This document shows positions 56,227 to 64,000 of a stretch of 64,000 nt of DNA, one piece after another. The stretch covers positions 2,128 to 66,127 of the forward strand of contig JAZSFM010000033.1 of NCBI GenBank assembly GCA_045532215.1, given 5' to 3'. The first letter of the stretch is position 1. The number at the start of each line of letters is the position of its first letter. The notes below the pieces were generated by a model. The model worked only from the letters and a program-made list of their open reading frames with translations. It was not told the origin of the DNA and did not search any database. The DNA comes from Eubacteriales bacterium (GTDB lineage: Bacteria > Bacillota > Clostridia > Oscillospirales > CAG-272). Position numbers and translations under genes: made by a program.

Positions 56227-56384
56227 AATACATCCTCTGCATTCGAAAATTTGCGCTTTTGTGAATAAATAATTATTTTTTTGCAACAATTGTATTGATT
56301 TACTATTCCACCTTTTTGCGGAATTCTTCTGCGCACTTAAAATTTACACAACCAAATCAACCCTTAAATTATTAGCACATTTAT

Positions 56385-56413
56385 ATTATATCAGATATTT
56401 TTGATTATCTCAA
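56385..56413 (-). promoter_or_regulatory. Promoter of the 2TM-protein operon
   Basis: On the minus strand: TTGAGA (56413-56408), 17 nt, TATAAT (56390-56385). Confidence 0.6.
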
Positions 56414-56692
56414 TACTTGTTTTTCATTTTTTTGAGGATTTTATGATTGTTATGTAAAATTTATTGATTTTTAGTATTTTCACAAAATTGTTATTTCCTT
56501 TAAAATTGTGAAAAATTCAACCTCAGCCTATCCGTTTTCGTGATATTTGTCAACATATACAAATGATACTATATCTATATAACCATTTTTTGATGGAGCA
56601 TATGTTTGGGTTTCAAAGCACCATTTGCTAGTTTTTCATAGTAGCAGCATAAACCTTTTATAAAGATAATAAATCAATTTTTTTGTTTTTGG

Positions 56693-58723
56693 CTATTGGA
56701 GTGCCCTATTAATTTTTATCATAAGGTTTTCTGCTTGACCTATCTCGTGAGGTTGCAAATCATTCAAACTATGATCGCGAGACCAACGAATAAATGCCTT
56801 AGCTAACTTGTATTTGGAAAAATCAGTCTTAGCAACACTTTGTATAATGTCGACTATCGGGCGCGTTGGTTGTGATTGTGCAATTGCAATGGCATCCCAC
56901 CCACATTGCTCCTTTGCTATGGTTAGGAGTGTGTCGCGTAACAAATCCTCTATTTCTGAATTTGATACTGAACCTGTATACACATCCTTTGTTCTAAGAA
57001 TTTTTTTTGCCCCTACCGCGTTTACCAATGTATCTTGTTTGGCAGCTTTATCTCCTTCGGCATCAGAATCTAATAATGCTGCAATTTTCATATTTTGCGC
57101 ATGCAGTATCGTAGCAAAATAAACCACTTTACTTGCACAATTAGCTGGAATCAAAGCAATTTGGTCGTTAATACCGTTTTTTCCACCAGCTTTTAATAAG
57201 GCCGAGAGACTTTCCAAATACCACATATCCGTCAATCCTTCAAGTAGAAGATTCTTCTCATGGAAGAATAAACTTTGAGCTAAATCATATCCTAATGCTT
57301 CTTGAAGTGGCAGCATTGCACCGCTATCATTTGCGGTTAACGAAACGTTAACTTTTGTACCTATTGTTCTATCTGTCATTTCGATCACACGAACTTTGTC
57401 CAATTCATTTGCTCCAACAAGAAACGGCGAATGTGTAGTATAGATTGTCTGATTTTTTGTACTAAGTTTCGAAAGCGTTTCACGGAATTCTGCTTGCTTC
57501 AAAGCGTGCAGACTCTGACCCGGTTCATCTAAAAGAAGAATCGCATTTTTATGCTTATCTGATGCTTCCGCGAAGAACACCGCATAAAACGAAACCATCC
57601 ATTGAAAACCTTCGGAACGTTGGTCCAACTCAACTTCAACCCCCAAATCATCTTCAACAACAACTTTCAGATATTGTCCATCGGCTTTGATTCTTAATTT
57701 GTTAGCATCTCGACCATCTTGCTTAGGATTCCATATTTCGCAAATCGAGTTTGTAAGTCGAATAGTTGCGGCATTCAATTGATAGTCACGTTTATCCAAT
57801 TGCTTTCGGTACTCTTCGTACTGGTCTGGTCTGCTTATATCATATCTAGAAACATCTCCTGCGGCAGCTAATTCTTTTGCAGTAAATCCTAAAAACTTAA
57901 GCAAGCATGAATTTCCATAATCATACTGTTTATCATCTAAAATATTTCTTTCCAAGCGTTCTGCAAGTTTTTTTAAATGCAAAACCGGTCTAATTCTAAA
58001 ATAATTGCTAAAAAGTATAAACTTGGGCATTCGAGTTTTAAATATCTCAAGTATTCTCTTGCGTTCTGCTGGTTTTTCTAACGCTTCAAGCAATCGATCA
58101 TAACGATTTTCTTCCGTTGTATTACCATCTGCCAAGTATGACACATTGCCTTTAATCCATGTAAAAAGTTGTTTGGCTTTCTCAATAGATATTATGCTCT
58201 CCATTTGTAATCCTGATACAACTTCATCATATCCACCTTGAATTTTTGTTTGCTTCTCCTCAAGTTCTCCATTTGTTAAGCTAGTATTCTTATAATGCTG
58301 GCAGAGTTTCAAAAGATCTTTCTCGATTTCTGAAAAGGCCAATGGTGGAGAAACATTCTCAAGTTTGTACCATGCAGAGTTATCCAAATTGCGTCCAAAA
58401 ATATATATCGCATTATGGTAGGCTTCAGGCAATTCCACTTTGTCTTCATCCTCTAAGGAAAAATGCCCTTCTACCACGGTGAATTTGCTTGGGTCTATTC
58501 TCCCTTTCTTAATATCTTCATCGTATTTTGAACGAGGATAATCTCTAAGAGGATCAAATTTATCAACGCCCTCTGGTGGATTCATTTTTTGTAAAGCATG
58601 TAATACTGCAGTCTTACCGGCTTCATTAGGACCTACTAAAATAGTCTTGTCTTCTTCAATATCAAAATAACCAGTATCAATGATACTCCGGTATCCTTGC
58701 ACTCTTGCTTTTACTAAACGCAT
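56693..58723 (-). CDS. OLD-family nuclease: ABC/SMC-like ATPase plus C-terminal TOPRIM domain (676 aa)
   Basis: Walker A GPNEAGKT, signature-like RSEGFQW, Walker B ILLLDEPGQSLH, YTTHSP. TOPRIM residues LLLEGLTD and LLDSDAEGD. AAGGAG SD. Confidence 0.8.
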   Translation of the reverse strand: MRLVKARVQGYRSIIDTGYFDIEEDKTILVGPNEAGKTAVLHALQKMNPPEGVDKFDPLRDYPRSKYDEDIKKGRIDPSKFTVVEGHFSLEDEDKVELPEAYHNAIYIFGRNLDNSAWYKLENVSPPLAFSEIEKDLLKLCQHYKNTSLTNGELEEKQTKIQGGYDEVVSGLQMESIISIEKAKQLFTWIKGNVSYLADGNTTEENRYDRLLEALEKPAERKRILEIFKTRMPKFILFSNYFRIRPVLHLKKLAERLERNILDDKQYDYGNSCLLKFLGFTAKELAAAGDVSRYDISRPDQYEEYRKQLDKRDYQLNAATIRLTNSICEIWNPKQDGRDANKLRIKADGQYLKVVVEDDLGVEVELDQRSEGFQWMVSFYAVFFAEASDKHKNAILLLDEPGQSLHALKQAEFRETLSKLSTKNQTIYTTHSPFLVGANELDKVRVIEMTDRTIGTKVNVSLTANDSGAMLPLQEALGYDLAQSLFFHEKNLLLEGLTDMWYLESLSALLKAGGKNGINDQIALIPANCASKVVYFATILHAQNMKIAALLDSDAEGDKAAKQDTLVNAVGAKKILRTKDVYTGSVSNSEIEDLLRDTLLTIAKEQCGWDAIAIAQSQPTRPIVDIIQSVAKTDFSKYKLAKAFIRWSRDHSLNDLQPHEIGQAENLMIKINRALQ

Positions 58724-59163
58724 AATTACATCTCCTTTTTATTTAAAAATTTTTTCAATTTTAAAATGCTTACTAAACATCATCCTTACATAAAATGCAA
58801 ATGGGATAATTTTGTTTTACGGCTCAAATAAAAAACATAAGAACTATAAATCTTTACTTTTATTATGGCCTAACACATGTTAATGAATCTCCTGTTTTTT
58901 GCCCTCCGTTGTGTCTATCGTAGCACAGTTCTCGTATATGTCAAAGTCTAAAAAAAAAAGCGTTAAATTTGAATAAATTAGTTTGAAAGTCAAGTAGCAA
59001 TACTCGGCTTTTTTCTTTTTATGCTGTTTTTTTCAGAGAAGCTTGTCCTGTAATTGGCTCGACACTTTGACATATACAATCTTTTGTTAGAAGATACCTT
59101 GTTTCACCGAACGGTGCTTCTCTGCCCCTGCCGGAAGGCAAATAAAAAATAAGGAGAATAAGA

Positions 59164-59463
59164 ATGAAAAAAGTTGTTTACTCAGTAACAAGATATCGGA
59201 AAGAGGAAATGCTCAAGCTATCAGGTCTTGGTTATATCACAGATACAGATCTGATCATTGCTTGTGTAAGTCAAAAAGGAAAGCCTTATATTCGCGTATT
59301 CGAAGATTGCATTAAGAATTGCTATCCTATCCCTGATAAGCCCGGTGAATACAAAGGTAGTTGTTATGAAATTCACGAGGTTCAAATTGATACCGGAAAA
59401 GACAATTATGAAACTCGTGAGGTTGAACACGAATACAAGATCTGGTATAAGTTAGCAGACTAA
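59164..59463 (+). CDS. Hypothetical protein (99 aa), mobile-element module
   Basis: ORF track with AAGGAG SD. First gene of a tightly packed plus-strand operon. Confidence 0.55.
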   Translation: MKKVVYSVTRYRKEEMLKLSGLGYITDTDLIIACVSQKGKPYIRVFEDCIKNCYPIPDKPGEYKGSCYEIHEVQIDTGKDNYETREVEHEYKIWYKLAD

Positions 59464-59482
59464 TAAGAAAGGAGATAAAACA

Positions 59483-59893
59483 ATGAAGCTTACACTTGCA
59501 AATGTTAAATCGCTCAAAAAAGATGCTTCCCCACTATACAAGCGTGTCTGCAATTATGTCATAGACGAATGGGGAAACTATGACGATAAGGTAAACATCT
59601 TTACCGATGTTCTATATTACGGATGCCAATCGGGAACGGTTGGTTTTTTGATTTATTACAGCGATACCGTCAGGTTTTATAAACAATACAAAGCGGAGAT
59701 CGATGAACTCCTATACACGTATATGAATGAAACAGGACTCTATTCCCTTCCTGAATTGTTTGGTGAAAAATGGGATAAGGAAGATCCTCTTGGAAACAAC
59801 GACTTTAACATGAACCTACTTGCTTGGTTTGGTTTCGAAGAAACGCTCAGAAACATCGGTTACAAATTCGAAAAAGTAGAAAACAAAATATAA
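59483..59893 (+). CDS. Hypothetical protein (136 aa), mobile-element module
   Basis: ORF track with AAGGAG SD. Confidence 0.55.
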   Translation: MKLTLANVKSLKKDASPLYKRVCNYVIDEWGNYDDKVNIFTDVLYYGCQSGTVGFLIYYSDTVRFYKQYKAEIDELLYTYMNETGLYSLPELFGEKWDKEDPLGNNDFNMNLLAWFGFEETLRNIGYKFEKVENKI

Positions 59894-59907
59894 AAAGGAG
59901 AATGATT

Positions 59908-60321
59908 ATGGCAACTACAAAATTGGAAAGAAAGAACAAAGCAATTGAGATTATGACAAAGATGAACATTTACAAACCCCACATAAAAGGCTTTCAAGAA
60001 AACGACCACGTATGCTTTTTTGAATACTACGCTGGCTTTTGGGCTTATCAAGAGCCGGAACTGCAAAAAAAGATAGAAGAAATCGAATCGCAGTATAACT
60101 GTACTGTTTATGCTATCACACACGAATACACCGAGTTTGGAGAGTGCTATTCCCTGCTCCTTGTTACCAACTATAAAAGTGAATGGAAAACCCTTGTCAC
60201 CACTGAGGGGAATACACATTATGCTTTTGCTTATGTTTGGAACAAAGATGATGACTTCTGTTCGGAATTTGGAACGATTGGTGTCAGAAGCTTTGGTGGT
60301 GGCATTACAAGAGTTGCATAA
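59908..60321 (+). CDS. Hypothetical protein (137 aa), mobile-element module
   Basis: Start trimmed to MATTKLERK (AAAGGAG 7 nt upstream). Confidence 0.55.
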   Translation: MATTKLERKNKAIEIMTKMNIYKPHIKGFQENDHVCFFEYYAGFWAYQEPELQKKIEEIESQYNCTVYAITHEYTEFGECYSLLLVTNYKSEWKTLVTTEGNTHYAFAYVWNKDDDFCSEFGTIGVRSFGGGITRVA

Positions 60322-60338
60322 TAACAGGAGGGATAAGA

Positions 60339-60995
60339 ATGGTTACAATAAATCTAACTGCTGTTGGAGCAGAACAAGAATTGATTAAGAAATACCTTAC
60401 GGAAAACGCAAGTGATTCTCTTGCTGAGAAAATCAATAATGGTATCCGCATCGAAAAAGATGGGAAAACATTAATCAGCAAAAAGACACTTAACGGATTT
60501 ATGAAATATGCAAACGAAGAAGCCCGAAAGCTTGCAGCCAAAGGCGCTACTTCTGCTTGCGTCGAAGACAAAGTTGTATATGGTTGGGCTATTCACTATT
60601 TTGAAGAAGATTCGATAGAGGGCACACTTTATAACGAAGATGGAACGGAATACAAGCCGCCTAAATCTAACAAATCAAAGCCAACCGTCTCCTCTTCCGT
60701 CTCTAACAAAACGTCTATTGTTACCTCTAAAGAACCTGCAGGACAACTCTCTCTATTCGATTTTACTGATAATACAGAGGATTCTTGTGAGGATGATAAT
60801 GCTATAGAAGAAATCGAGGAAACTACAGATGAGATAAAAGAAATTTCCACAGTACACGTGCCACAACCGGATGGTTCTGATCTTTGCGTCGATACTGAAA
60901 CAGGTGAGGTAATTGAAGAATCTCAAAACACGACAGATGAACTGATAGCCATTCTGTTTAACATTCTGCAAGAAGATTTGGAGGTGCAACTATAA
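60339..60995 (+). CDS. PcfK-like protein (family that includes anti-CRISPR AcrIIA9), 218 aa
   Basis: N-terminal domain ending VVYGWAIHYFEEDSIEG resembles the PcfK-like signature (..FGMAxHYYxEDxI..) as recalled from memory. Acidic, low-complexity C-terminus. Lies next to a PcfJ-like gene. Confidence 0.5.
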   Translation: MVTINLTAVGAEQELIKKYLTENASDSLAEKINNGIRIEKDGKTLISKKTLNGFMKYANEEARKLAAKGATSACVEDKVVYGWAIHYFEEDSIEGTLYNEDGTEYKPPKSNKSKPTVSSSVSNKTSIVTSKEPAGQLSLFDFTDNTEDSCEDDNAIEEIEETTDEIKEISTVHVPQPDGSDLCVDTETGEVIEESQNTTDELIAILFNILQEDLEVQL

Positions 60996-62308
60996 TGAAG
61001 ATAGAAAAGATCAAGCCGATTCCAAAATACCTAGTTGAAAGAATTAAAAAGCTCGATATGAAGAAAGTTAAAAAGCCAACCAAACAAGTACGATTTTATT
61101 CGTATCTTACAAAGAATGACGGTGAGCTTGTAAAGGTTACTGTTGCCGTTAGAAACAATCGAAATGATTGGCACTACAAGCAAGTTGCCGTTCACGGAAT
61201 TGACTCGGACAAATGCTTTGTAAAGGATATGGTTCGTTTCTTTATGGGAACACTTGCAGTTGGTTGGTACGAAGAAGGTCTTTCAAAATCACCAAAATGG
61301 TATGAAGATCCCGAATGGGGATGGCACTATGACAAATCCTTTGACCCATTCGCACCTTGTCTGAACCTTGAATATGCCAAGAAATTCCCGGAGCACAAAT
61401 ACAGTGCTATTGACCTATATGAATTCAACGACATCATTCCCTATCTGCGCAGACACAGACAGTATCCGCAAACAGAGTATCTTGTAAAGCTTGGACTTTA
61501 CAATTTAACTCGCAGCATTCAAATACTGCGCTTGCTTGGCAAAAACAAAAGCTTTCAAAAATGGATCGCCAAACATCGTGCTATACTTTCGAGTCGTGGA
61601 TTTTACGTTTCGGCAATTATGGCTGCTTTTAAGAAAGGAATCGCTTTAGAAGAAGCACAAAAATACGAAGAAGCCAAAAAGAGCCTGTGTGCCGATAAAG
61701 ACCTCGCACCAATTCGCCAAATGCTGAATCACGAATATGTAGACTACCTTAATTACATAGGTACAAAAAGAATCTCTCATCGTTTGTATTTGGACTATCT
61801 GCGTGCATGCAATTATCTTGGGTTGGATATGACAATAGAGCGTAATCGTTTCCCCCACGATTTTCACCGTTGGCACGACATTCGCATTGATGAATACAAC
61901 AGCAAAAAGGCAGAAGCGGATAAAGAAAAACGCAAAGAGCTCTATACCAAGTTTGCATCGATTGCGGAGAAGTATCTGCCTTTGCAAAAAGATAAGGATA
62001 ACGTTTATATCGTGCTGATTGCAAAGAGCCCTGCAGAACTGATGCAAGAAGGCAATGCTCTACACCATTGCGTTGGCTCGTATGGCTACGATCAAAAGTT
62101 TGTACGCGAAGAAACGCTCATCTTCTTTATTCGCAACGCAGAAAAGCCCGATGTTCCTTTTGTTACGGTAGAATACTCTTTGCGAACACAAAAGATATTA
62201 CAGTGCTATGCCGATCACAATCAAGCACCGGAACCCGACGTTACCGATTTTGTTAACGAAAAGTGGTTGCCTTATGCCAAAAGGCAGCTCAAAAAGATAG
62301 CCGCATAA
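60995..62308 (+). CDS. PcfJ-like protein (437 aa)
   Basis: C-terminal EGNALHHCVGSYGYDQKFVREETLIFFIR motif is typical of PcfJ-like proteins of conjugative elements. Confidence 0.6.
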   Translation: MKIEKIKPIPKYLVERIKKLDMKKVKKPTKQVRFYSYLTKNDGELVKVTVAVRNNRNDWHYKQVAVHGIDSDKCFVKDMVRFFMGTLAVGWYEEGLSKSPKWYEDPEWGWHYDKSFDPFAPCLNLEYAKKFPEHKYSAIDLYEFNDIIPYLRRHRQYPQTEYLVKLGLYNLTRSIQILRLLGKNKSFQKWIAKHRAILSSRGFYVSAIMAAFKKGIALEEAQKYEEAKKSLCADKDLAPIRQMLNHEYVDYLNYIGTKRISHRLYLDYLRACNYLGLDMTIERNRFPHDFHRWHDIRIDEYNSKKAEADKEKRKELYTKFASIAEKYLPLQKDKDNVYIVLIAKSPAELMQEGNALHHCVGSYGYDQKFVREETLIFFIRNAEKPDVPFVTVEYSLRTQKILQCYADHNQAPEPDVTDFVNEKWLPYAKRQLKKIAA

Positions 62309-62321
62309 GGAGGTAGACAAA

Positions 62322-62636
62322 ATGGCAAATCATTTTAGAATTACTGCATATCACGCAGAGCAAAACATTTCGGTTATTCTTGATAGCAACGGACGATTTG
62401 AAAAACTCTGGCAATTCAGCTCGTTCTTGGTCAACAAAGGATTCAAAATTATAGAGGTCGCCACCTCGGACAAGCTCGTATATGATCCATTTCCCTTAAT
62501 TGCAAAAGAATCAAATAAAATACTGTTACGTAGCATTGCAAAAGATCTGCCGATGATACAAGAAGTCATTTATCAAGACCGCCCTTGTAAAGCCATTTGC
62601 GTAAACGATAAAACCTATGGACAATTTGTTACATAA
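62322..62636 (+). CDS. Hypothetical protein (104 aa), mobile-element module
   Basis: ORF track with AGGAGG SD. Confidence 0.55.
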   Translation: MANHFRITAYHAEQNISVILDSNGRFEKLWQFSSFLVNKGFKIIEVATSDKLVYDPFPLIAKESNKILLRSIAKDLPMIQEVIYQDRPCKAICVNDKTYGQFVT

Positions 62637-62651
62637 GGAAAAGGTAACAGG

Positions 62652-62696
62652 ATCCCCGAGCAAAGCGAGATCACCCGTATTGCTCGGGGATTTTTA
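62652..62696 (+). terminator. Rho-independent terminator of the plus-strand module
   Basis: ATCCCCGAGCAA...TTGCTCGGGGAT plus TTTTT. Confidence 0.85.
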
Positions 62697-62756
62697 GTGT
62701 AAGTAAATTGTTAGAAACAGTCTTGGTCAAATACCGTTTTCCAACAAAATTCGACA

Positions 62757-62993
62757 TTAAACAGTTGCGAAAAAGTCAGCCACGACATCTTGCAGATGAA
62801 TCGGATCAAGTTTTTGAGAATTGCAACGTTCCACCAATTCTTCAATCAACTGAACATCTGCCGAAAGATCCGATACGGAAATTAATACAGTTATAACACC
62901 ATCGTATTCTGTCACAACTGCAATTCCGTAGCCAATTCTTGTAGTACTACCGCTTTGGTACGTATTTTGAACAACGATGTATCTATATTCCAT
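62757..62993 (-). CDS. Hypothetical small protein (78 aa) downstream of the XRE regulator
   Basis: Start trimmed to MEYRYIVVQ (AAGGAGGG SD). Confidence 0.55.
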   Translation of the reverse strand: MEYRYIVVQNTYQSGSTTRIGYGIAVVTEYDGVITVLISVSDLSADVQLIEELVERCNSQKLDPIHLQDVVADFFATV

Positions 62994-63033
62994 CCGAAGC
63001 CCTCCTTTCTTAGAATCTCCGTTTGACAATCGT

Positions 63034-63255
63034 TCAGTTCAAAACGGGAATACAAGAATTGAGTTCTTCAAGGTCAATACCTAAAGCTGCCGAAATGTTT
63101 AGAACACTCGATAGCTTTGGATCAGAATCGCCAAGTTCAATTTCTTCCAGTCCTTTGTAACTCATTCCACAAAGCTCTGCGGCTTTCTCAATACTCAAGC
63201 CAAGAGTTTCTCTTCGTTCGCGCACCATTCGACCAAAATGTTGCGTTTTCGTCAT
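63034..63255 (-). CDS. XRE-family helix-turn-helix transcriptional regulator (73 aa)
   Basis: RERRETLGLSIEKAAELCGMSYKGLEEIELG is a classic HTH_3 pattern. Confidence 0.85.
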   Translation of the reverse strand: MTKTQHFGRMVRERRETLGLSIEKAAELCGMSYKGLEEIELGDSDPKLSSVLNISAALGIDLEELNSCIPVLN

Positions 63256-63387
63256 AATATCACCTCCTTTCCTGAACAGTTTAGGAGGAAATATGTCGAA
63301 TTACAAAGAACTGTAGTTACTAATTGTGTTTAATTTGTAAACATTAATATATTGCTCAGAGAAAAGTTTGTTTGAAAATAATTGTTT

Positions 63388-63558
63388 TCACTGGCTTTTC
63401 TGTTCTTGCTTTTCTATATTATTCAGATATTCAACTATTCCGCTATAGGTGTCGTGCTTTTGATAATACTCATCGATAACACTTTTATTCCCATGTTTAT
63501 CAATATAGCATTGAATGGCGGATATTATTTTCATTGTTTCATTAGCAAAATCACTCAT
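63388..63558 (-). CDS. Hypothetical small protein (56 aa), below the ORF-track cutoff
   Basis: Hand translation MSDFANETMKIISAIQCYIDKHGNKSVIDEYYQKHDTYSGIVEYLNNIEKQEQKSQ. AAGGAG SD 5 nt upstream. Confidence 0.45.
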   Translation of the reverse strand: MSDFANETMKIISAIQCYIDKHGNKSVIDEYYQKHDTYSGIVEYLNNIEKQEQKSQ

Positions 63559-63590
63559 ACGCTCTCCTTATACCGCTTAATTTGTTTCTG

Positions 63591-64000
63591 TTATTGATAC
63601 TTACTTGCTTGCAAGTTGAACAGCTCGGCGTATTTACCGTTCTTTTTCAAAAGCTCAAAGTGTGAGCCTTGCTCAATGATGTGCCCATCATCGATGACGA
63701 GGATCTTATCGGCAAGTGTTGTATTGGAAAGACGGTGTGAGATGGTAACCGAGCTTTTCCCCTCGCTCAGACGGTAGAGTTGCTCGAAAATGCGATCCTC
63801 CGAAATAGGATCAAGCGCGGCAGAGGGCTCGTCAAGAATCATATACTCGCTATCCTTAAAATAAGCTCTCGCAAGTCCTACAAGCTGCCATTGACCGCCC
63901 GAAAGGTCTTTTGCATTGTCGGCATAATAGCGACCGAGAACACTGTCAAAGCCATTTTCCCAATCCTTGATGATCTCGCTTACGCCGCTGATGTCGCAGG
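63591..64000 (-). CDS. ABC exporter ATP-binding domain, C-terminal part (gene continues beyond the window end)
   Basis: Hand translation upstream of the track ORF gives LSGGQWQLVGLARAYFKDSEYMILDEPSAALD (signature plus Walker B). H-loop TISHRL. Confidence 0.85.
   Translation of the reverse strand, partial: CDISGVSEIIKDWENGFDSVLGRYYADNAKDLSGGQWQLVGLARAYFKDSEYMILDEPSAALDPISEDRIFEQLYRLSEGKSSVTISHRLSNTTLADKILVIDDGHIIEQGSHFELLKKNGKYAELFNLQASKYQ

Noticed and set aside
62719-62729. AGTCTTGGTCA, a partial match to the tRNA-Pro(GGG) 3' region (AGTCTTGTCA), as a candidate attR
   Set aside because: It is only about 10 nt long with an indel, which is far too short to distinguish from chance. No integrase is nearby.
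63382-63597. 71-aa plus-strand ORF from the track
   Set aside because: Its hydrophobic low-complexity sequence arises from AT-rich DNA, and it has no SD. The opposite strand carries a 56-aa ORF with a canonical AAGGAG SD, which I preferred, still at low confidence.

Overview
This is a chromosomal window from a spore-forming Firmicute, probably Clostridia-like. Supporting signs are a spoIIGA-sigE pair, strong AGGAGG Shine-Dalgarno (SD) sites and many textbook TTGACA-17-TATAAT promoters. Most genes are on the minus strand. Core content, left to right: a translationally coupled ABC operon; a tRNA-Pro(CGG) preceded by two odd tRNA-like repeats; a three-gene operon of secreted lipoprotein phosphatases; a TetM/EF-G-like GTPase fused to a YacP/Rae1-type NYN nuclease domain; two tandem MacB-like ABC paralogs; a sigma factor with a leucine-rich-repeat (LRR) anti-sigma-like partner; a complete PTS operon (ptsH-ptsI-EIIA-EIICB); housekeeping genes (methyltransferase, plsY-like, Xaa-Pro peptidase, spoIIGA-sigE, UPF0210/ACT pair, rplM-rpsI, nrdR); a collagen-like LRR lipoprotein; tRNA-Arg(ACG); and a two-component system. 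Two AT-rich accessory patches stand out. One is a two-gene cassette at 43.2-44.8 kb (a small protein plus a 374-aa HExxH protein). The other is an island of about 8.5 kb starting at tRNA-Pro(GGG), at 54.8-63.5 kb. It carries an OLD-family ABC-ATPase/TOPRIM nuclease, a two-transmembrane (2TM) protein operon, a PcfK/PcfJ-like mobile-element module and an XRE regulator, but no visible integrase. My top novelty candidates are the GTPase-NYN fusion, the OLD plus 2TM-protein locus, the AT-rich HExxH cassette and the tRNA-like array. All functional calls rest on motif recognition by eye; no database search was possible.
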